A stretch of 32,755 bases of DNA. It comes from a virus (Duplodnaviria > Caudoviricetes). Where the stretch lies: the IMG/VR virus record IMGVR_UViG_3300017913_002045, positions 1 through 32,755 of that record. The stretch is one strand, 5' to 3'. A model generated the notes under the pieces. The model was not told the DNA's origin. It did no database searches and saw nothing but the letters and a program-made list of their open reading frames with translations. Of this stretch, positions 26,399 through 32,755 are shown in pieces. Both the position numbers and the translations under genes were made by a program. Position 1 is the stretch's first letter, and each line of letters starts with the position of its first letter.

Positions 26399-26934
26399 GC
26401 AAACTCAAAGAGCTTACTTGGGAAAACCACAGCAAAGCTGAACGCACAGAACATGCACGTAAATTGTTAAAAGGCATGGAACCTGCTGAATATCACAGAT
26501 ATATTTTCAATCAATATGTAATGTACAGTGCATTAGAAACAGCAGCAACAAACAATGGTGTGCTAGACGGTATCGAAGGCATTGCAAGAGCAGCAGCGAT
26601 CAAAGAAGATATGGCTGAACTTGAAGAACAATATAACATTGAACGTGACCCTGATTTGTTGTGTCCTGTGGTAGGCGACTATGTGCCTTATGTAATGAAA
26701 ATGACCAATGTAGACGATTTGCTTGCACACATTTATGTGAGACACTTCGGAGACATGTACGGCGGACAAATGATTAAAAAACGCAATCCTGGCTCAGGTA
26801 AGATGTATGAGTTTGACAATGTAGAAGAACTTAAATTGCTGGTGCGTAACATGTTGAAAGATGAAATGGCAGACGAAGCCAATCGTTGTTTTGAATATGC
26901 AATGCAACTTTTTGAGGAGTTAGATGATGAGTGA
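26395..26934 (+). CDS. hemO: Heme oxygenase
   Basis: LKELTWENHSKAE (proximal His), AHIYVRHFGDMYGGQMI. Confidence 0.9.
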   Translation: MSKLKELTWENHSKAERTEHARKLLKGMEPAEYHRYIFNQYVMYSALETAATNNGVLDGIEGIARAAAIKEDMAELEEQYNIERDPDLLCPVVGDYVPYVMKMTNVDDLLAHIYVRHFGDMYGGQMIKKRNPGSGKMYEFDNVEELKLLVRNMLKDEMADEANRCFEYAMQLFEELDDE

Positions 26935-27613
26935 AGTTTGGAATACCTTGATTAGAATTCAAGATAGACTGATTGAACGTTTTGATGCAACTGGTACTGA
27001 AGTTGCAGAACCTGGCATGGATAGGTTCAATCAACCTGGATGGATCAACAGAGTTTGGACCAGCGAAGATTACAGACGGGCACACGTTGATGTTGTAGAT
27101 GCAAGAGACACAAAAGGTTTATGGATGATGCATTGTTGTGTGTTTCCTCACTTGCACAATGACGGTCCTATCTTTGGCTTAGATGTAATTGCAGGCAAAA
27201 ATAAAATTACAGGATACTTCCATGATTATTCACCAACCAGCAATCCAGCAAATGAAATGATCGAAGCATTCGGTGACGAAGTAGGCAAACTAGAATGGCG
27301 CAAGCCTCGTGAACTACCAGAGTGGGCAAAAGCCATCTTTACAGAGCACATGGTTGCAGCAGGTAATGTAAACAGTACAGAAGAACTAGAGCAGCTTGTT
27401 GAATTGAGTTTTGAAAGTATTGATAATTACTTGGGCTATATTAGCACATACAATCTTGTAGGCGATGAACAAGAAGGCAAAGATGCTCAGAATCGCTATG
27501 CACATTATCAAAAACAAAATCCTCATACTCCTAAAACAATGACCAGCTTAGGACTGGATGAAGAAGATGTGCGAGTGTTCGTACAGGAATGTTTATTCCC
27601 TGATATCGCATAA
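26927..27613 (+). CDS. pcyX: Ferredoxin-dependent bilin reductase, PcyA/PcyX type
   Basis: RRAHVDV, MMHCCVFP, PIFGLDVIAG, HDYSP, RELPEWA..IF, QKQNPHT; adjacent to heme oxygenase. Confidence 0.8.
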   Translation: MSEVWNTLIRIQDRLIERFDATGTEVAEPGMDRFNQPGWINRVWTSEDYRRAHVDVVDARDTKGLWMMHCCVFPHLHNDGPIFGLDVIAGKNKITGYFHDYSPTSNPANEMIEAFGDEVGKLEWRKPRELPEWAKAIFTEHMVAAGNVNSTEELEQLVELSFESIDNYLGYISTYNLVGDEQEGKDAQNRYAHYQKQNPHTPKTMTSLGLDEEDVRVFVQECLFPDIA

Positions 27614-27621
27614 ATAATAAT

Positions 27622-28965
27622 ATGCGTTATACAGAAATCATAGAAGCAAGTTTAAGTGGCAAGACAGATGTCAAATATATGGACACTGTCAATGCAATGA
27701 TAGATCAAGGTGCAGAATTCTTGATTGGTGCAAGTGGTGACAAGGGTACATTTATTGCTAACAAAGGTCAAAAAATTACTGATAGAACAGCACCGATACA
27801 AGGAACTATTGACGGCGAACCTGGTACTGTAAGATTTGTAGATATTTATAAAAGTGCTGATATGAAAGCCGCAGCAACAGGCAAAGCACCACAGGAACGC
27901 ATCGCAAACAAAGGCGAGATAGTCGAAGGCATTTATGGTGCAGCAACTATGGCTAGATTAGTAAATAGACCAAACGAAGATATTACACCACAAGATGTAT
28001 ATAACATTATAGCAAAATTACCAGACACACCTCAAGGTGGTAGTGTTGTAATAAATGCTGAAGAATCAAACAGTGATATCACAGACAACTTTGAATTGGT
28101 TGTGAAACTCAAACCACAACCTTATGCAGATCTTAAAAACACAAAAAAGATTGATGCTATGATGGGTAACATTGTGCGCAGTGTTGTTGCTTTTGTCAAT
28201 AACGAAACTATTCCACGCTATGCTAAATTATTTGCTGAAAATCAAAGACCTGACAGTGTTGATATTATTTCCGATGGTATCAGTGATGAAACTGGAACAA
28301 AGACTGATGTGCAACTGATTTACAAAGATGAAAACGGACAGCCTATCAGAGAACTAATCAAATATGGGCAAAGTGTTAAAGTTGGAGCAGTCAAGCAATT
28401 TGGACAAGTTGGTGGTGGCAAAGCAAGTGACACACTAGAAAAACGATTTGAAAAACTAGAATTTATGTGGGATAAATTTGGTGTAGATGTTTCTCCACTA
28501 AAAGACATGTTCACCAAAAGTGCTCGTATCGAAGATGCTTATGAAAAAGTTTATGACGAAGCAGCAAAAATACTTAAACAGGATTTAGCTGGAATAAATG
28601 TTGACAAAGAAAAAGCATTCTTAGAAAAGTTTATAAACGGAATCAAATTTTTTGCGACACTAAATGACGATAATGTAAATCTTATCCAATTTGATGAAAA
28701 AGGATATTTTGTATTAGACTTTAGCCGTTTAAACAAGTTGTTTGATATGGGAATGGACTTTGATGTAATTGTACAAAAAGGCGTTGCTAAAAGTGACCCT
28801 AGTATAAAACTACCAAAGATCACTATTATTGATGCTAAAACTAAAACACCATTCTTTAGTATTCGTATGTACAGGGCAGGCACTGGATATATTCGAAACT
28901 ACATTGAAAAAGAAGCAGGCCTAAAACAAATTACAATGGCTAGAAAAGGCAAAGCTGCTAAATAG
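27622..28965 (+). CDS. Large late protein, possible PD-(D/E)XK nuclease fold
   Basis: MRYTEIIEA N-terminus; NKGEIVEG helix, GTKTDV...QSVK; TAAATA 27611-27616. Confidence 0.45.
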   Translation: MRYTEIIEASLSGKTDVKYMDTVNAMIDQGAEFLIGASGDKGTFIANKGQKITDRTAPIQGTIDGEPGTVRFVDIYKSADMKAAATGKAPQERIANKGEIVEGIYGAATMARLVNRPNEDITPQDVYNIIAKLPDTPQGGSVVINAEESNSDITDNFELVVKLKPQPYADLKNTKKIDAMMGNIVRSVVAFVNNETIPRYAKLFAENQRPDSVDIISDGISDETGTKTDVQLIYKDENGQPIRELIKYGQSVKVGAVKQFGQVGGGKASDTLEKRFEKLEFMWDKFGVDVSPLKDMFTKSARIEDAYEKVYDEAAKILKQDLAGINVDKEKAFLEKFINGIKFFATLNDDNVNLIQFDEKGYFVLDFSRLNKLFDMGMDFDVIVQKGVAKSDPSIKLPKITIIDAKTKTPFFSIRMYRAGTGYIRNYIEKEAGLKQITMARKGKAAK

Positions 28966-28969
28966 CAGT

Positions 28970-29437
28970 ATGCGCAATATACTTACAATCCTCATCATTT
29001 TAGCAGCAACAGCAGCACATGCTGATCTAGTGCACAAATTCAAAAATCCAGCATTCAGTGGGCAAGGTTACAGTGCTCATGTGCTTGCCATAGAACAACT
29101 ACAGGCACAACGCAAAGAAGAACTTGAAGATGAAGCAGAGCGCATTGCAGAAGAACTGGAAAGAGAAGAAGAAAATTCAGTGCTGAACAAGTTTATCCGC
29201 AACTTGGAAAGCAGAATCTATGCCACATTGAGCAAACAGTTGGTGGACAGCATGTTCCAAGATTGTGGCACTGGCACAGATGTAGAGTGTGCAAACAGCG
29301 GAACAACAGAATTAGAAGGTGCGACCATTACATGGGAAAAAGACACCGCAACCGGAGAAATAACACTGACCATAGCAAGTGCTGATGGCAGTTACACAGA
29401 AGTTACTATACCAGGACCAGGGAACTTTACTTTCTAA
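28970..29437 (+). CDS. csgF: Curli assembly protein CsgF-like
   Basis: Signal peptide AHA then DLVHKFKNPAFSG (CsgF FxNPxFxG), upstream of csgG. Confidence 0.8.
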   Translation: MRNILTILIILAATAAHADLVHKFKNPAFSGQGYSAHVLAIEQLQAQRKEELEDEAERIAEELEREEENSVLNKFIRNLESRIYATLSKQLVDSMFQDCGTGTDVECANSGTTELEGATITWEKDTATGEITLTIASADGSYTEVTIPGPGNFTF

Positions 29438-30228
29438 TGAAACACTTACTAGCATTATTACTCGTCACCACATTGTCAGCTTGCAGTTGGATACCAAAAT
29501 CAGTGCCAAAAAGTTTGAGCCCTGAACCCACTGTGCAGGAAAATCCACAGGTTACTAATTTGCGCAACTTGCCTGAATTGGATGGGCCAACAATGACCAT
29601 TGGTGTATACAGTTTTTCAGACAAAACAGGACAGCGCAAGCCAGCAGACAACATGGCAAGTTTGAGCAGTGCAGTAACACAAGGCGCAGAAGTATGGGTA
29701 ATAGATGCACTGTTGGAAGCAGGTGGCGGCAAATGGTTTGAAGTTGTAGAACGCACAGGCATGGACAATGTTATCAAAGAACGCCAGTTGATCCGCAGCA
29801 CACGAGAAAACTATGAGCAAGGTGTGGACAGAAACCTAGCACCAATGAAGTTTGCAGGACTGATATTGGAAGGCGGCATTGTTGGTTATGACAGCAATGT
29901 CAGCACAGGTGGTGCAGGTGCAAGGTTCTTCAACATAGGTAGTGCAGTGGAGTATCGTGTGGACACAGTTACAGTGGCTATGCGCATGGTCAGTGTTAGC
30001 ACAGGGAGAGTGTTGATGAGTGTGGCAACACAGAAAACCATAGCCAGTTACAGAAGCAGTGCAGATGCATTTGCATTTCTTGACATGGGCACAAAAGCGT
30101 TGGAAACTGAAGCAGGTTACAGTGTGAATGAGCCCACAAACTATGCTGTAAGGGCAGTTATTGAAGCAGCAGTGATAGAAATGGTATACGAAGGTGTTAG
30201 AAAAGGGCTTTGGAACTTCAAAGAATGA
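29437..30228 (+). CDS. csgG: Curli secretion channel CsgG lipoprotein
   Basis: LSAC lipobox, VYSFSDKTGQRKP, SSAVTQG, VVER, LILEGGIVGYDSN. Confidence 0.92.
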   Translation: MKHLLALLLVTTLSACSWIPKSVPKSLSPEPTVQENPQVTNLRNLPELDGPTMTIGVYSFSDKTGQRKPADNMASLSSAVTQGAEVWVIDALLEAGGGKWFEVVERTGMDNVIKERQLIRSTRENYEQGVDRNLAPMKFAGLILEGGIVGYDSNVSTGGAGARFFNIGSAVEYRVDTVTVAMRMVSVSTGRVLMSVATQKTIASYRSSADAFAFLDMGTKALETEAGYSVNEPTNYAVRAVIEAAVIEMVYEGVRKGLWNFKE

Positions 30229-30284
30229 AATCCAAAAGGTAAATACCAGGATAGGGACGCCTATCACAATTTGAGGGCAAAATC

Positions 30285-31034
30285 ATGAAAAGATCGATCT
30301 TAGCCATAATGGCTGTATTGTGGGCAGGTCTGAGTTATGCAAATGAAATCTACATTGATCAAGTAGGTGACAATCTAGACTTGGATTTAACACAAACAGG
30401 CAGCGGCAACCAAATAGGTGATACTACAACCGACCTCACTCTAGACGGCGATAGTATGACTTTCGCTATTACACAAACTGGTGATAGCAACAAAATAGAC
30501 GCAATCATCAAAGGCAACAACTACACTGGCACTTGGACATTCTCGGGTGACAGCAATGAAGTTGACCTAACCTGTGATGCTACAGCTGGTGTGAACTGTG
30601 AAGATGTAACAGTGAACATCACAGTGGGCAGCAATGATACAGGCAGCAGTGACAACAACATTTTTCAAATCTATCTAGGCGAAAGCTCAGATGTTGAGAA
30701 CATGGTTGCAGCGTTCACTGTAGACGGTGACGGCAATGTCGTCGATGTCGCAAGCAACAGTGCAGACAGCGACATCACAGTCAGCATTGACAACATAGGA
30801 ACAGCAAGCACAACTACATACAGTGATTTGGTAACAAGTCTCAGCACCAGTGCAGGTGGTAACTATGTGGACATTGATCAGAGTGAAGGTGGCGTAGCAG
30901 GTCACAGCATTACACTAGACATCACTGGCGGTGGTGGTTATTTTGATATAGATCAAGCAGGTTTAAATGATAGCACAATAGATGCTACGTTTGACGGCGA
31001 TGATGCAGATGTGAAAATTAATCAAAACGACTGA
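30285..31034 (+). CDS. Curlin-like secreted repeat protein (CsgA/B-like)
   Basis: Signal peptide; repeats IDQVGDN, LTQTGSGN, ITQTGDSN, FSGDSN, VDGDGN; own TAAATA at 30240-30245. Confidence 0.7.
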   Translation: MKRSILAIMAVLWAGLSYANEIYIDQVGDNLDLDLTQTGSGNQIGDTTTDLTLDGDSMTFAITQTGDSNKIDAIIKGNNYTGTWTFSGDSNEVDLTCDATAGVNCEDVTVNITVGSNDTGSSDNNIFQIYLGESSDVENMVAAFTVDGDGNVVDVASNSADSDITVSIDNIGTASTTTYSDLVTSLSTSAGGNYVDIDQSEGGVAGHSITLDITGGGGYFDIDQAGLNDSTIDATFDGDDADVKINQND

Positions 31035-32137
31035 TGTTTAGAATTGCAATCGTTGCAATATTTTGTGCAACAACTGCTTGGGCCAGTGTAGGAGAAATTA
31101 CAGCTTCAACTGGCCCAGGACAGATCAAACGAGATACCGAGCGTTTCGACGGTGCTGTTGGCACAGATTTAGAAATGCAAGACACCATTACCACACAAAA
31201 CGGCGCATGGCAGCTGGAATTTGTGGATGATACCCGTGTGGATGTAACTGAGCACAGTCGCATGGTTATAGATGAATTTGTATACGATCCAAACACAAAA
31301 ACCGGTGCATTGACCATGCGAGCAACACTGGGCGCAGTTAGATATGCAAGCGGACAAATAGCAAAGAATTCAAGACAAAGAGTAAGCATACGCACACCCA
31401 GTGCAACAATCAATGTGCGAGGCACAGACTTCATGATGATCATAGACGAGATAGGCGGCAGTATGATCACACTGTTGCCAAGTTGCGATACCAGTGGAGC
31501 ATGTGTTGTAGGTGAGATTGCAGTAGAGAGTGAAGTAGGGCAAGTGATAATGAATCAAGCATTCCAAACCACAGTGGTTCCTAATCCTTGGCAAGCACCT
31601 GCACAACCTTTGATATTGCCATTGCCCAGTGATCTACTGCGAGCAATGTTGATTGTGCGCAAGACACAACCCTATGATGAAGAGTTAGAACGAGTTACTC
31701 CACGCACAGATCTGTTGGACATTGACTTCCTAGCATTTGATGAGTTGGACAGCGATCCACTGGTGGAAAGTATCAAACGCATATGGGTTACAGATTTGGA
31801 CAACATGACATTTTTGAGAGAAGTATGGGTAGATGCTATGGAACAAGCATTGCAGGAAATACTTGCCAAGTGGTTGGATGAACTGAATACACAAGCTGGC
31901 GAATTGTTTGCCACAAGAATAATGGGTCTAGATCCTGAAACACAAATTGTGTATGATGAAGATCCACCCAAAAACATTGTGCAGCGCAAGGAACAAGACC
32001 TGCACTATTTTGAACTACATTTAGACGACGGAGGAGGATACACCATTGACATGCATCAAGAGTATTTCAGTGAGTATGGCTATCGTGTTGGTTATGGCGG
32101 CTACAGCACTATCACCATCAATCAGCACAGCGAATGA
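31034..32137 (+). CDS. FecR-domain periplasmic protein
   Basis: Signal peptide; DTITT, FVDDTRV.VTEHS.MVID, IRTPSATINVRGTDF. Confidence 0.8.
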   Translation: MFRIAIVAIFCATTAWASVGEITASTGPGQIKRDTERFDGAVGTDLEMQDTITTQNGAWQLEFVDDTRVDVTEHSRMVIDEFVYDPNTKTGALTMRATLGAVRYASGQIAKNSRQRVSIRTPSATINVRGTDFMMIIDEIGGSMITLLPSCDTSGACVVGEIAVESEVGQVIMNQAFQTTVVPNPWQAPAQPLILPLPSDLLRAMLIVRKTQPYDEELERVTPRTDLLDIDFLAFDELDSDPLVESIKRIWVTDLDNMTFLREVWVDAMEQALQEILAKWLDELNTQAGELFATRIMGLDPETQIVYDEDPPKNIVQRKEQDLHYFELHLDDGGGYTIDMHQEYFSEYGYRVGYGGYSTITINQHSE

Positions 32138-32755
32138 AATCACTGTCACACAAGTTGGTGACAACTTCGTTATGCAAGTGGATCAAATCGGCGGCAACAA
32201 TGTGGTCAAAAAAGAATATGACAGCAGTTACAGTGATATATCTGGCGACAACAATGAATTTGTTGTGCATCAACAACACAGTGATGGTGTATGGAACAAT
32301 GTTATTACCATATGGAAATGGGATGGCGACGGTAACTATGTTGAAGTAAGACAAGGCAGTGACACATATGGCGGGAGTGTGCGCAGTGACAGCACAGAAT
32401 ACAGTGGTCATTTTGCACTGGTTGATATACAAAGCGACGACAACACAGTGAAGATTGGACAAAGAAATCCAGACAGTGGCGGCATGCACATGGCATTGGT
32501 AGGCGTTTTTGCTGACGACAACGATATCGAAGTGTATCAGGGCAGCACAGGAGACAAATACAGTATCAATAGATTATACAATGAAGGTAACACAGTTGAT
32601 ATTATACAACACGGCAATGGCAAACACTACAGTGATGTGTATTTGGATGGAAACTACAGCACAACACTGACACTTGAACAAAGTGCCAACACAGACAAAA
32701 GCTATGCGCTTACTCAATTCTGCAACAACAGTGCAGGTTGCACAATATCAGTGAC
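32046..32755 (+). CDS. Second curlin-like secreted protein, 3'-truncated (absent from the ORF track)
   Basis: GGAGGAGG SD 8 nt before TTG 32046; signal peptide then NEITVTQVGDN, VDQIGGNN, ISGDNN, WDGDGN, IIQHGNG; open to the window end. Confidence 0.75.
   Translation, partial: MTCIKSISVSMAIVLVMAATALSPSISTANEITVTQVGDNFVMQVDQIGGNNVVKKEYDSSYSDISGDNNEFVVHQQHSDGVWNNVITIWKWDGDGNYVEVRQGSDTYGGSVRSDSTEYSGHFALVDIQSDDNTVKIGQRNPDSGGMHMALVGVFADDNDIEVYQGSTGDKYSINRLYNEGNTVDIIQHGNGKHYSDVYLDGNYSTTLTLEQSANTDKSYALTQFCNNSAGCTISV

Noticed and set aside
32134-32349. 71-aa ORF from the track
   Set aside because: Shadow of the longer curlin-like frame starting at 32046
1-32755. Stop-codon reassignment, or a bacterial chromosomal origin
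   Set aside because: Known genes are full length in code 11; late promoters, tail and PAAR genes and scattered single host-like genes indicate a phage

Overview
Gene-dense, moderately AT-rich window, almost entirely + strand, from a large T4-like myophage. The host is most likely a marine alphaproteobacterium (permuted alpha-type tmRNA, alpha-like porin, PstS, HemO/PcyX). In order it holds: the 3' end of pstS; a peroxiredoxin and a paralogue lacking the catalytic Cys; a block of late genes with capsid-targeting-like N-termini; an acidic scaffold-like gene ending in an A_AAA_AAG slippery site; a PD-(D/E)XK exonuclease; a beta-helix tail protein; nrdAB and glutaredoxin; sulfotransferase-like, PAAR, HAD and Hc1-like genes; an antisense radical SAM gene; a minimal two-piece tmRNA; a small membrane/DoxX cluster; a porin; a thermonuclease; a SleB-type hydrolase; a long coiled-coil membrane protein; rpsU; Hsp20 behind a ROSE-like thermometer; clpS; hemO-pcyX; and a curli-like (type VIII secretion) operon csgF-csgG-curlin-FecR-curlin running off the end. 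A recurring TAAATA late-promoter motif is followed, usually at +6, by either a start codon with no SD or a 5' hairpin. All calls come from reading motifs by eye; no database searches were run.
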